Below are positions 45,981 to 56,299 of a DNA stretch of 64,000 nt, piece by piece (positions within the stretch are counted from its first letter, which is position 1; each line of letters opens with the position of its first letter). The stretch comes from a virus: the IMG/VR virus record IMGVR_UViG_3300048672_000152, positions 1 to 64,000 of that record. The stretch is one strand, 5' to 3'. The translations under genes were made by a program, and so were the position numbers. The notes under the pieces are model-generated. The model searched no databases, was not told the origin of the DNA, and saw nothing but the letters and a program-made list of their open reading frames with translations.

Positions 45981-46036
45981 CTAATATTAACGAGTCTGAG
46001 CAATCGTAGTTTGTTTTTAAATTACAATTGTATTGA

Positions 46037-46055
46037 TAGCCCCGCAAGGGGCTAT
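46037..46055 (+). terminator. hairpin or terminator
   Basis: atagcccc-gcaa-ggggctat. Confidence 0.55.
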
Positions 46056-46064
46056 GTTTATTAA

Positions 46065-46141
46065 AGCCTTGTCAGCTAACAGGATAAGCTACCGACCTCA
46101 TAAGTCGTGAAATACTGGATCGTACCCAGTCGGGGCTACCA
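46065..46141 (+). tRNA. tRNA with CAU anticodon (Met or Ile2)
   Basis: Acceptor AGCCTTG/CGGGGCT + A-CCA, D-stem AGCT/AGCT, anticodon loop CTCATAA, T-arm ACTGG/CCAGT. Confidence 0.85.
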
Positions 46142-46147
46142 TTTACT

Positions 46148-46247
46148 AAATATTATCTTGGCTGCTTAGAGGAGCCTAAGACGTACATGCCGATAAAAGC
46201 CACTGTATGACCGCGAGTAGGAGAATGCCCTACCCAAGATAATATTT
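46148..46247 (+). ncRNA. cloverleaf-like structured RNA
   Basis: 14-bp closing stem AAATATTATCTTGG/CCAAGATAATATTT with three internal arms. Confidence 0.5.
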
Positions 46248-46329
46248 ATTTTAATTTACCCATTGACAACACAGTTATGTGTGTTATATTTCTATTTTAC
46301 CCCTCCAAAACATATTAGGAAATCTCATC

Positions 46330-46563
46330 ATGTCATCTAATCGCATACTTACGGGTATGTGCTTTCATTGTTTAAGTTGTGGACGTTCATTGTCTGGGGC
46401 TGAACAAACCCGCACCTTTCCCAAGTCCCCTGAACTAATTGCTCTCTGCAATACTTGCTTACACAAATCTAAAGACCAAAGCTATCAGTATGAGTTTGAG
46501 CATCAAGCATTAACAGAGTCAACTTCTATTAACAATTTACCGCAGAATGATGAGATTCCTTAA
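46330..46563 (+). CDS. small zinc-finger protein
   Basis: CLSCGR...LCNTC; AGGA RBS before the ATG at 46330. Confidence 0.55.
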   Translation: MSSNRILTGMCFHCLSCGRSLSGAEQTRTFPKSPELIALCNTCLHKSKDQSYQYEFEHQALTESTSINNLPQNDEIP

Positions 46564-46653
46564 TAATTTCAACACTTCCCCTATTGACAAATATAATACA
46601 TAGTGATAAACTTCATGTAGATTGTATTGTATGTAAAGAATTAAGGACAGAAT

Positions 46654-47064
46654 ATGTCTGATGTAGAAACTACCTCTAGCGAAATCCGCGATGATAAAGG
46701 CAGATTTAAACGTGGAGTTAGCGGCAACGTTAAAGGTCGCCCTCGTAATACTAAAGGGAACAAACACAAACACGCAAAGCAAACATTAGAAACAATGTTA
46801 ATGTCTACAGGGCCAGCAGCTTTAAAAGCTATCAAGAAAATGGCTGATGAAGAATTAGCAAAGGGTAATGTCAATCACGCATTCAAATGTTATGTGTTTA
46901 TTGCTGATAAATATTATCAACTTGTTATGCACAACGACAAGGTTGAAATCCAAGCTATCAAAGACGAAGAACAGCGTAAGCTTAAAGCACAGCAACAACA
47001 GGATGAAGATTCTGAAGAAGATTCAACATTCCAGAATGTAATTGTTACATTCGGTAGTGCTTAA
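46654..47064 (+). CDS. putative terminase small subunit (DUF5681-like N-terminus)
   Basis: RDDKGRFKRGVSGNVKGRP motif; lies upstream of terL. Confidence 0.55.
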   Translation: MSDVETTSSEIRDDKGRFKRGVSGNVKGRPRNTKGNKHKHAKQTLETMLMSTGPAALKAIKKMADEELAKGNVNHAFKCYVFIADKYYQLVMHNDKVEIQAIKDEEQRKLKAQQQQDEDSEEDSTFQNVIVTFGSA

Positions 47065-47207
47065 CATCAACGAATAACTATAACTCTATGCGTATACTCT
47101 TGTATACCTCTCCATCATCCCCCTAGAGGCAGCCTCTCCTCTGCACCTCTCCACTCTAGGGAGATTTCTTCCCCCCCCGCATAGAAGAATTACACAAGGA
47201 ATTATAA

Positions 47208-47633
47208 ATGAATTTAGTAAACTTAACATACGGTGGAAGCCGTAGTTATTTCAAAGGTATTATCGAACAAGGTAGTAATTTGGCAACAGTAGAAGCTGGT
47301 TGGTCATCTTATTGTCGATTACTTGTCACTACACGCTTAAATATGAAGCTAATGATTGGTGGTGTTGAAGAAGATGTTATTGATGGTAGAACACTACTTG
47401 ATTTAACATTCAATGCCGCTAAAGCTGGTAAATTCACCCTAGATGAAGCTGAAGCAATTGCTAGTCAATTAGATAAGATTAGTTTACGTTACACATCTGT
47501 ACGCACTCCATTCTTTGCAATTGCTTATGAAAAAGATTTGACATCTAAAGAAGAAGCTAGTAATATTGATTCTGTTGCTGAGGATGTTGTTACAGAAGCT
47601 CCGAAGCAACGTGGTCGTAAAGCTGCTAAGTAA
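47208..47633 (+). CDS. hypothetical protein
   Basis: 141-aa ORF with AAGGA RBS. Confidence 0.65.
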   Translation: MNLVNLTYGGSRSYFKGIIEQGSNLATVEAGWSSYCRLLVTTRLNMKLMIGGVEEDVIDGRTLLDLTFNAAKAGKFTLDEAEAIASQLDKISLRYTSVRTPFFAIAYEKDLTSKEEASNIDSVAEDVVTEAPKQRGRKAAK

Positions 47634-47639
47634 AGAATT

Positions 47640-48126
47640 TCCCCTTCACACATAGGATGTGGTTGAGGAATAGTCCTCGAATAAGTTCCCTAGGACTTTA
47701 AATACATGATGGAATCCGTGCAAGCGCCATAACACATGGACAACTATAAGAGTGAATAATGTGTTGGTCTGGAAGCGGCAGACTCCCTAATTTAGCATTC
47801 GCTAGACTCCCCTAGGAGTGAATATCGGTGTTAACAAAACAACTAGCCGTCCCTTAGCCCACTGAATATTAGGTTCAGGTATCCCTAAGGTTGTTGTCCC
47901 CACCTGTGATAAGGTGAATGCTGGTGCATTTAATGGGTTTAATTCAGGTTTTTAATTTTAAGAAAGCTCAACCTCTGATGTTACCATCATGTTGAGTTTC
48001 GTTTTACCGCTGATTGGCGTCTGCGGAGACTTAGGTCTGAAGAAATTAATAGTCGCAAAGATTCCATTAACAGTTATCTTTGCTTAAGAGTAAGCGATTA
48101 ACTCTGCGCCAATAGGTGAGGGTAAC
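47640..48126 (+). ncRNA. putative large structured non-coding RNA(s)
   Basis: About 500 nt without an ORF, with many nested stems (see finding). Confidence 0.5.
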
Positions 48127-48144
48127 TGATTAATAGGATTTTAA

Positions 48145-48861
48145 ATGAACAATATTGAGTGGCGAGTTATCCCAGATTTCCCTATGTATAAAATCTCTGA
48201 ATATGGAGATATTTATAGCTATTACAAATCTGGAAAAATGCTGAAACCTAAATTAGATAAAGATGGGTATCTGGCTGTAAATCTTACTGAGAATAAAGTT
48301 AGACACGACCTACGAGTACATCGTTTAGTCGCTTCAGCCTTTCTAGATAACCAAAATAATCTACCAATTATAAATCATAAAGATTTGAACGTAAGTAACA
48401 ACCATTACTCTAATTTAGAGTGGTGTACTTACACTCACAATACTGTACATTACTATGCTAACGGTATTAATAAAAGAACACTATCTTCTTTAACTAAAGA
48501 AGAAATGTTGTCTATTGTATCAGACTACAAAGATGGTGCTTCACATAAAGATCTTAAAGAAAAATATAACCTAGAGTGTAGGGCTGACGCAATCAGTGAA
48601 ATTGTAACTGGACGTAGATTTTCTGAAATTACCGGAATCGTAAAATCAGATAAATTTGAACAACGCACAACAGCCAAACACGATGATGATTTAATCTTAG
48701 AGCTTTTAATTAAAGCTCATTGCAATAATATACCTCAGAAAACTTTATGTGAAGAATATAAGTTATCTGCTGCACAAATTAGTAGGATAGTTAATGGTAG
48801 CAGACGGAGAGAAGTATTCGAGAAGTTTATGAAGGAGATATATGAAAAAACCAAAAGCTAA
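48145..48861 (+). CDS. free-standing NUMOD4-HNH homing endonuclease
   Basis: EWRVIPDFPMYKISEYG, VHRLVASAF, INHKDLNVSNNHYSNLEW; two HTH-like C-terminal repeats. Confidence 0.9.
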   Translation: MNNIEWRVIPDFPMYKISEYGDIYSYYKSGKMLKPKLDKDGYLAVNLTENKVRHDLRVHRLVASAFLDNQNNLPIINHKDLNVSNNHYSNLEWCTYTHNTVHYYANGINKRTLSSLTKEEMLSIVSDYKDGASHKDLKEKYNLECRADAISEIVTGRRFSEITGIVKSDKFEQRTTAKHDDDLILELLIKAHCNNIPQKTLCEEYKLSAAQISRIVNGSRRREVFEKFMKEIYEKTKS

Positions 48862-50656
48862 GATAACTAACAAAGCTCCAGACCAAGAACCGATAAGAAT
48901 CGGCCCTTGTTCAGAGATGCAAGAATTAGTGTTTAAAAGAGCCACTGAGGTAGATTTCCTACTCATTGGCGGCTCTCGTGGTAAATAGACCGCTGCCACG
49001 TAACCTTGCTAAGTCGGTGAAACCCTAACGTAAAGTCGAGGGCAATACCGAGCCGAATGATTTGATTCATGGGTGTAGAGACTAGAGTAGTATCAAGCGA
49101 TACGAAAACGTAAGGGTGTCGAGAGACATAAGATATAGTCCGACAACACTGGAAACAGTGGAAGTAGCTAGCGCCTACAAAACTGAGACTTGGGCGGCAA
49201 GTCTGAAGTGATGACACAACTACCTTTAATTTGGCGAGATGATCCAAATTTCACGGGTATGTTCACACGTACAATGCTAAAACAATTACTAGGTTCTGGT
49301 GGTCTTTGGGAAATAGCGGCTAAGTATTACCCTTTACTTGGCGCTAAATCAGTTAAGATGCCACAACCAATGTATACCTTCCCTAGCGGTGCTAGACTTC
49401 GTTATTCTCAAATCTCTGGTATGAGCGATGCGGAAAGTTTGAGGGGCCTCCAGCTTTCTTACTTGGCCATAGATGAGCTGACACAGTTAGACCAAAAGAG
49501 TGTGCAATTCTTATTAACCTGTCTTCGTTCAGAAGCAAACATGAACTCTATCTGTGTAGCGTCATGTAACCCTCATAAAGATTCATGGGTGTTTGACCTA
49601 GTATCTTGGTACTTAGATGATAAAGGTTTTGTTGATAAAGAGAAGAATGGTAAGACTCGTTATTACGTAGTCAATGAAGGTCAATTTATCTTTGCAGATG
49701 AAGAAGAATGGTTTAAGGAAAACTTACCAGACTGTGTAACAAACAGCCAAACAGGCGAGTATATTCCACCTAAGAAATTCTGCTTTGTGCAACTAACCAT
49801 ATTTAATAATCCAATATTATTAAAGAAGAACCCAAGGTACTTGTCCGAATTACAGAACTTACCTCCACATGAACGTGATGCCCAATTATACGGCAACTGG
49901 TTTGCCACTGCCGAAAAACCAGACTACTTCAACAGAGCTATGGTTCAAGGTAAGCATGGTGAGCGTATAGCACCTTTCGTACCTATCGGGTCTACGAGGG
50001 TACGTGCTTGGGACAAGGCAGCCACACAGTTCATACCTAAGATAAATAACACTGATGCTGACTTTAGTGCTTGCATAGCAATGGCTAAAGACAGACTTGG
50101 GAATTATTATATCTATGCCGACTTCTGCAAAGATAACTATGACGAATATGAAAAAGTGTATGGAAAGTTCCGTAAGAACTCTGCTCAACGTGACCAGATA
50201 ATGATGGAGCAAGCCAAACACGATGGTAAGGAAACTTATCTAGTAATCGCCAAGGATGCTGCTGCTGATGGGAAGACTGTGTATGAGCAATTATCCCGCA
50301 TGTTCTTATCTGCTGGTTTTAAAGTTAAACCCAGCAAAAGTAGTGCTTCACAGAGTAAGTGGACAAGGTTTGAACCTTTCCTTTGTGCTTGCCAAGCTGG
50401 ATTAGTCCATATAGTCGAAAGCTCCTTCCCTGACAAACGTACTCTTGAACTGTTCTATGCAGAACTCGAAGCGTTTAATCCAGATCCGACAACTGGTAAA
50501 TGGCGTTCAGGGCGTTATGTGAAAGATGATTGGCTCGATAGTTGTAGTGATGCGTTTTTATTTCTATCTATGGAAAAAATATACGCAGTCCCCAAACTAG
50601 GCTCATTTTCACCCCCACCTATAAGCGTTAAAGCTATCGCTTTAGCTGATATGTAA
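48842..50656 (+). CDS. terL: terminase large subunit, spliced: join(48842..48982,49193..50656), 534 aa
   Basis: Splicing restores Walker A GGSRG|GGKS; Walker B LAIDELTQ, SCNP, RAWDKA, C-terminal KDDWLD nuclease motif. Confidence 0.9.
48983..49192 (+). mobile_element. group I intron (210 nt, no ORF) in terL
   Basis: Exon ends in U and pairs with IGS GCCACG (U-G wobble); P10 CCGCU/GGCGG; P7 GACTA(49080)/TAGTC(49136) within AAGATATAGTCC; ends in G. Confidence 0.92.
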
Positions 50657-50673
50657 ATTTAATCGGAGAAGAT

Positions 50674-52188
50674 ATGTCCGATAATACGGATCAAATCGAG
50701 ATCACTAAAGCAGAAGCATCCACATCAGTTGAAGCAAAACGCATTCGTACTGGTGAAGTTGGCACACCCAACCTTCGTGCTGTAGGCTCTTGGATTCAAA
50801 ATGAAATGCGTAGGGAACTTCAAGCTCCTTACAATCTTGTAACATACGAAAAGATGCGACAAGACGCTACAGTAGGTGCTGCATTAGGTACTGCTGAAGC
50901 ATTCCTTACTAAAGCTCTAGCGAAAGCTAAGTTTACTACTAACTCTAAAAACCCACAAGCTAAAGAATTCTGTGAATACCTTAACTGGAATTTAAAGAAT
51001 CTTAAAGATGTTACATGGTATGAGAGTTGCATTAATGTCCTAAGTTATCTTCAATATGGTTTCTCATGGCTTGAGAAAGTGTATGAACCAAACTTCAGTA
51101 AGAAGTATTCTAAATATCCTTGGAAATTAAAGAAGCTTGCTCCACGTTCTCAACACTCTGTTGAGCAATGGAAGTTTGATGATGACAGTAGGACAGTGAT
51201 TGGCTTACGTCAATATCCAGCACAAACATTGAACATGGGGTATACAAGAACTACTCCGGTGTCAATGAATCCTAATGATTACATGAAACGTAATAAGTTT
51301 ATGTTGTTCTCATGGGACAGTAAGAATAGTTCTCCAATCGGTGTATCTCCATTGAATGCTTGTTATAAAGCATGGAAAGAGAAAGTGTTAATAGAGGCTA
51401 TGGAAGTTACTGGTGTTAGCAAAGGTATTGGCGGCATTCTCACACTTCGTTGCCCTACAGAACATATTAATAAAGCTGCGGAAGACCCTACATCAAATGA
51501 ATATTCTTCTTTGATGGCGTTACAGCAACAAGCTGCATTGCTTCATAACGGTGATCAGACATTCATCATGCTTGGCTCAGACACACAGGGTGAGAACGGT
51601 AATGGTAAATATGTCTACGATGTATCTGTAACTGGCATTGAGGGTAATAGTAATGCTGTATCAACAGACACTATCATCAACGACCGTAAGAAAGCAATCC
51701 TAGATGTATTCGGTGCTGGCTTTATCAACTTAGGTAATGATGCTACAGGTAGCTATTCTTTAGCAGATGCTAAAACCTCATTACATGCTTTCTTCATGGA
51801 AAAACACATGCTGTTTATCCAGTCAGTTATCCAGAATGATTTAGTTAAGCAATTAATGGAAATCAATTCTGTCTACTTAGAAGAAGATGATATTCCTACT
51901 CTAGTGCTTGCTGCATTAGATGAAGTCAACCCTGACGAATTTGGCAAGTTAGGTCAGCGGCTTGGGGCAGTGGGCCTAATGCCATTGCAGAAACAGTTCC
52001 TAATTGATTTCTGGGGTAAATGTGGATTGAACACTGACTCACTAGAAGACCTGTCGGAAGATGAGTTGTTGCAAATGCTAACAGCACATACCTCAAGAGC
52101 CGGAGACGGTATGAGCGAGGGATTAAACAGTGGCACTGGAAGTTCACTGGGAAATAATAGTGCAACCAATAGCGACAACGCTGCGTAA
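50674..52188 (+). CDS. portal protein
   Basis: 504 aa directly after terL; YGFSWLEKVY, GVSPL, GSYSLA motifs. Confidence 0.88.
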   Translation: MSDNTDQIEITKAEASTSVEAKRIRTGEVGTPNLRAVGSWIQNEMRRELQAPYNLVTYEKMRQDATVGAALGTAEAFLTKALAKAKFTTNSKNPQAKEFCEYLNWNLKNLKDVTWYESCINVLSYLQYGFSWLEKVYEPNFSKKYSKYPWKLKKLAPRSQHSVEQWKFDDDSRTVIGLRQYPAQTLNMGYTRTTPVSMNPNDYMKRNKFMLFSWDSKNSSPIGVSPLNACYKAWKEKVLIEAMEVTGVSKGIGGILTLRCPTEHINKAAEDPTSNEYSSLMALQQQAALLHNGDQTFIMLGSDTQGENGNGKYVYDVSVTGIEGNSNAVSTDTIINDRKKAILDVFGAGFINLGNDATGSYSLADAKTSLHAFFMEKHMLFIQSVIQNDLVKQLMEINSVYLEEDDIPTLVLAALDEVNPDEFGKLGQRLGAVGLMPLQKQFLIDFWGKCGLNTDSLEDLSEDELLQMLTAHTSRAGDGMSEGLNSGTGSSLGNNSATNSDNAA

Positions 52189-52200
52189 CAAGGCATAACA

Positions 52201-52680
52201 ATGAATAAAGAACAAATGTTTGAGAAACTACTTGACTTCTTAGATAGTTTAGTAGGCGATAATTCAAACCCTACCCAAGATACTGCTGAAGTTGTACAAG
52301 TAGTCAAATCTGTAGACACTCTAGAACAACGTGCAATGTTCGTTGTGTTAGAACCTCAAGATGAAGATGGGCTTACTCGTGACGCTCATGCTGATTGGTA
52401 TAGTGCTGAGGATGTGGCACAGGCTTGTGCTAGTTTCAACGTAGCTTGCCGTAAAGCGGGTATTGACCATGCTGGATTACTATCTAACGATGATGTTGTG
52501 ATTGAACAATCCTATACAGCCCCTTGTGACTTCACTACTGAGTCTGGTGTATTCATCAAGAAAGGTACTTGGTTGCAGTGGTGGAAATTTAATAATGAAA
52601 CTCTTTGGCAAGGTGTATTAGATGGGACATACACAGGTGTCTCTATCGAGTGTGCTGCTGTAGGGTATGAGGTAGAGTAA
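52201..52680 (+). CDS. XkdF-like prohead protease
   Basis: VVLEP, DAHADW, IDH, KKGTW, GTYTGVSI. Confidence 0.78.
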   Translation: MNKEQMFEKLLDFLDSLVGDNSNPTQDTAEVVQVVKSVDTLEQRAMFVVLEPQDEDGLTRDAHADWYSAEDVAQACASFNVACRKAGIDHAGLLSNDDVVIEQSYTAPCDFTTESGVFIKKGTWLQWWKFNNETLWQGVLDGTYTGVSIECAAVGYEVE

Positions 52681-53618
52681 TGTCAGAAACAATTAAACAA
52701 AAAGCAAAGAGAGTGCTGAAGAAGTTTGACTTCTCTAAAGAAGACCACTGCGTATCTTTAGTTGGCCCTTCTCTTGGAAATGCCGCAAACGGGTTCCAAA
52801 CGCTCGTAATCAAAGCAACTGCTCCTGAAGAAACAATCGAAGTTAAGAAAGCATTAGAGCAAATTACATTAAAACTTTCAATGGAAGAATTTCTACGTAA
52901 GTTTTTTGATATGTGGAGTGACGATGCTGAAGTTCTAACTAAGTTATTAGGTTTTGAAACAGAACACGAAGCTTACGTTAAAGCAAATAAAGAACGTAAA
53001 GATAGTGAAGATAATTACGATTGGGAAGCTGAACATACTAAATGGTTAGAATCTCGTTTATCCCAATTCACTATTATGAAATCAATGAATGAGGGGACAG
53101 CAACTAACATTGCTAAATCAGCATTCAATGACATTGTTGCATTACAGCAATCAATTGAACCCGCTCTGATCGAGCATTTTACAACAAAGGAAAAACAAAT
53201 GGAAGAACTAGAACTTGCTAAATCAGCATTGTCTGCAAAAGAAGCTGAACTAGCAACTAAGGTTGATCTGGTTAAATCTTTGGAAGCTAAAGTAACAGAG
53301 TTGGAATCTCAACTGGCTGTTGTTAAAGCTGCTGAGGAGAAGGCACAGTTTGATGAATTCGCTACTCAACTGAAAGGTTTAGTTGCCGATGATAAATTTG
53401 AAAGCGTAGCTAAAGCTATGTATGAAATGAGCAAGGTCAATGCTGACGTTGTTGCTGTACAATTAGACGTACTGAAAGCTGCTAAACAAGCACAAGCTGC
53501 TAATGCTTCAGTTGTTGAACAAGAATTGACCGTTGAAAAAGGTCACAATGAAGTTAAAGATTCAGAAGCCGTAGAGTTAGCTAAGTCTCGCGCTGCAATC
53601 TTCAAACACATCAAATAA
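52680..53618 (+). CDS. capsid scaffold protein
   Basis: Position between protease and capsid genes; long Ala/Glu/Lys coiled coil. Confidence 0.7.
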   Translation: MSETIKQKAKRVLKKFDFSKEDHCVSLVGPSLGNAANGFQTLVIKATAPEETIEVKKALEQITLKLSMEEFLRKFFDMWSDDAEVLTKLLGFETEHEAYVKANKERKDSEDNYDWEAEHTKWLESRLSQFTIMKSMNEGTATNIAKSAFNDIVALQQSIEPALIEHFTTKEKQMEELELAKSALSAKEAELATKVDLVKSLEAKVTELESQLAVVKAAEEKAQFDEFATQLKGLVADDKFESVAKAMYEMSKVNADVVAVQLDVLKAAKQAQAANASVVEQELTVEKGHNEVKDSEAVELAKSRAAIFKHIK

Positions 53619-53633
53619 TAAGGAAAATATATA

Positions 53634-54137
53634 ATGGCTAAAATTGCTACCACTCTACCATTTCTGTCATCTGTGTTGATGGCTGATGCTACCTCTTTAG
53701 TTCCAGATTTTAACTATGCTGAAGTTGCTTTGAAAGAAGCTGCTGACACCACTTTAAAATTAGGTCAAGTAGTTGTTTATAACGGTACTGATGCGTATCG
53801 TATTCTGAAAAACACTGACTTCACTTCTGACACAGTGTTAACTGCCCCTGCTGGTATTCCATCTCTGCCAGATGGCGGTGCTATCGGTATCGTTGTTGGT
53901 TTCAACGGTTCTATCGGTGGTGAATACTCTGCTACTGTTGGCACTACTGCTGTTAAAGCATTCGTTCTGTTCCGTGGCCCAGTTGCTGTTAAAGATACAC
54001 ACGTTGACGGTGGTTTAGTATTCGATGCTGGCGTAGTTGCTGCTCGTAAAGGTTTAACCAAACGTCTGTTAGAAGGTAAAGGCATTGACATCAAAGCCGT
54101 TGCTGCACAGAAAACTTCAAGCTTATACGGTTACTAA
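53634..54137 (+). CDS. head decoration protein
   Basis: 167 aa immediately before the major capsid gene; codon usage typical of high expression. Confidence 0.7.
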   Translation: MAKIATTLPFLSSVLMADATSLVPDFNYAEVALKEAADTTLKLGQVVVYNGTDAYRILKNTDFTSDTVLTAPAGIPSLPDGGAIGIVVGFNGSIGGEYSATVGTTAVKAFVLFRGPVAVKDTHVDGGLVFDAGVVAARKGLTKRLLEGKGIDIKAVAAQKTSSLYGY

Positions 54138-54187
54138 TAGTAGCCGTTTACTGCATATCTTGACAAGAATAATTAAAGGAAATTTCA

Positions 54188-55267
54188 ATGTCTGTAAAAT
54201 TTAACGTAGGTCGCGGTCAAACCTTAGAATTGACTAAAGCACTGGTTCGTGACTTAGGTAACTTGAACGGTCTGCATGATGTAACTGCTGAAATTGCAGA
54301 ACGTCCTAATGTACCTGACCTAATTAGCTCGATGGTTAACCCTAGCCAAGTGTTCTTACAAACTAACGTTTTTGAACATGATTTCACCCACTACAAAAAT
54401 GCTATGCCTTCTGACAAAGCATACGGTGAACGTGGTGAAGTGATTGATGCTCGCCCTGTGACTGATACTCACTTCCACAAAGTTCCTTCATTCGGTTTAC
54501 AAGCACATATCCGTCCAGAAGACGTAATTCGTCGTCGTAAGCCGGGCACTACTGATGCACTGTTAGCTGAAGCTGAAGTAGTTGCTGAAGATAAAGCATC
54601 TCTGATGCGTGGTTGGGATATGTTACGGGAAGTAGCATTAGCTCACTCAATCGTCAATGGTACTTCATACGTTCCTAACGCTACTGTACCATCAGTTGAC
54701 TTCTACCAAGAATACACTGGTACATCTCGTCCTGTAGTTACGTACACTCTGTCTAACACCACTACTCATCCAAAAGTATATGGTGAAGAAGCTCGTCGTC
54801 GTATCTTAGACAACCTGTACGAAGGTCAACGTGTTAGCGGTTTCGTTGTTCTGTGTGGTAAGAACTTCTGGTCTAGCCTGACTACTCACCCATTGTGGAT
54901 TCAAGCAATGGTTGATCGCGCTGGTTTAGATGGTCAAGACCCACTGATTAAACGCTTTGAGAACTTCAAAGAACAGTACCAAATGGTTCGCTTTGCTGAC
55001 AACGTAGTGTACGTAGAGTACGCTGGTCAGATTGGCGGTGCTGCATTAATTCCAGATGACCAAGCATTCATGATCCCATTGGGTGTTGACTTGTTCACTG
55101 AAGTATTTGCTCCAGCACAAACTAAGTCATACATCAACACTGTTGCTCAACCTGAGTATATGTGGGAAGTGAGTGACGAGTTTAAAGGTACTCAGTTGTT
55201 CTCTGAATCTAACCGTTTAATGGTTCCATTCAACCCACTGTTGATTCAAAAATTAGTTCGTGCCTAA
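54188..55267 (+). CDS. major capsid protein
   Basis: 359 aa, strong codon bias, followed by a terminator; FAPA and SESN.L motifs of lambda E-like capsids. Confidence 0.88.
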   Translation: MSVKFNVGRGQTLELTKALVRDLGNLNGLHDVTAEIAERPNVPDLISSMVNPSQVFLQTNVFEHDFTHYKNAMPSDKAYGERGEVIDARPVTDTHFHKVPSFGLQAHIRPEDVIRRRKPGTTDALLAEAEVVAEDKASLMRGWDMLREVALAHSIVNGTSYVPNATVPSVDFYQEYTGTSRPVVTYTLSNTTTHPKVYGEEARRRILDNLYEGQRVSGFVVLCGKNFWSSLTTHPLWIQAMVDRAGLDGQDPLIKRFENFKEQYQMVRFADNVVYVEYAGQIGGAALIPDDQAFMIPLGVDLFTEVFAPAQTKSYINTVAQPEYMWEVSDEFKGTQLFSESNRLMVPFNPLLIQKLVRA

Positions 55268-55282
55268 TACTAGGTAATATTA

Positions 55283-55304
55283 GGGGAGCTTGTCTCCCCT
55301 TTTT
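55283..55304 (+). terminator. intrinsic terminator after the capsid gene
   Basis: ggggag-cttgt-ctcccc followed by T5. Confidence 0.8.
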
Positions 55305-55324
55305 CGATTAGGGGAAAGCTATAA

Positions 55325-55795
55325 ATGATTGACGTTGATTTTCAAAATCCCCACGACCAAGTAAGATTGAATATCGGTGATCCTAACACAGAGTTTGTTT
55401 CTGACAATTCAATTAACAGTGCTTTAGTTGCTTTTAATGACAATGTTTATAATGCCTCTGTAGCGCTCATGGAAGCTATGCTAACAAGGTTTAGTACCTT
55501 AGCTGATAGAGAGCGTGAGGGTCAAGTAGAAATCTATTATACCAAGCTCTACGAGCGTTATAGTGAACGTCTTAAAGACTTCAAATCTGGTTCTGCTAGT
55601 ATTACCCCATCTAACAAAGCATTTATGCCTATCATTATTGGTGGTGTATCTCGTTCACAGAAAGAAGTAATCCGTAACGATTTAGGTTCTTTCAGTATGT
55701 ACGATTTAGCACACTGGCACAGTGAATCCCTTGGTTACAAATCAGTATACGAAATTTACATGGAAGATATTGGTGGTTTACCTAATAACGGGTGA
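55325..55795 (+). CDS. head-tail adaptor
   Basis: VRLNIGD N-terminus; synteny. Confidence 0.65.
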   Translation: MIDVDFQNPHDQVRLNIGDPNTEFVSDNSINSALVAFNDNVYNASVALMEAMLTRFSTLADREREGQVEIYYTKLYERYSERLKDFKSGSASITPSNKAFMPIIIGGVSRSQKEVIRNDLGSFSMYDLAHWHSESLGYKSVYEIYMEDIGGLPNNG

Positions 55796-55798
55796 TGT

Positions 55799-56299
55799 AT
55801 GACATTTAAAATCTCATCCAAAGTTAGTGTAGACAACAGAGAGTTGAACAAGTTCTTAAACAGACTTCGAGACTTACATTCACATGAAGTTCAATACGGT
55901 TATTTTGAAGGCGATATTCATCAAGATTCAGGAATGGATATTGCTGAGTTAGCCGAAATGCTCAACTATGGTACTGACAGAATCATTGCTCGTCCATTTA
56001 TGGATTTAGCGGGTGATATGGTGGAAAGACATTTCCAGATAGCTAGACGTTCTGGTGCTGAAATATGGCAGTATCTCACTGGTACAGGAACCATACACAC
56101 CTTACTTAAACAGTTTGGTAGAGTTGGTGAAACCTATGTGCAAGCATCTATTGATACTGGTGAATGGGCTGACAACGCTGAATGGTGGAAGCAGATTAAG
56201 TTTGAGAAGTATGGTACTTCTGCACCTTTAGTTGCATCACAAGAATTGTATGAAAGTGTTAAATCTAAGGTGGTAAAATCTGATGTCATCCTCCTTTAA
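55799..56299 (+). CDS. neck/tail completion protein
   Basis: NYGT..I.ARPF motif; synteny. Confidence 0.6.
   Translation: MTFKISSKVSVDNRELNKFLNRLRDLHSHEVQYGYFEGDIHQDSGMDIAELAEMLNYGTDRIIARPFMDLAGDMVERHFQIARRSGAEIWQYLTGTGTIHTLLKQFGRVGETYVQASIDTGEWADNAEWWKQIKFEKYGTSAPLVASQELYESVKSKVVKSDVILL

Noticed and set aside
49190-50656. terL starting at TTG 49190 as in the ORF track
   Set aside because: That TTG is the last three bases of the intron; there is no RBS and Walker A would be truncated.
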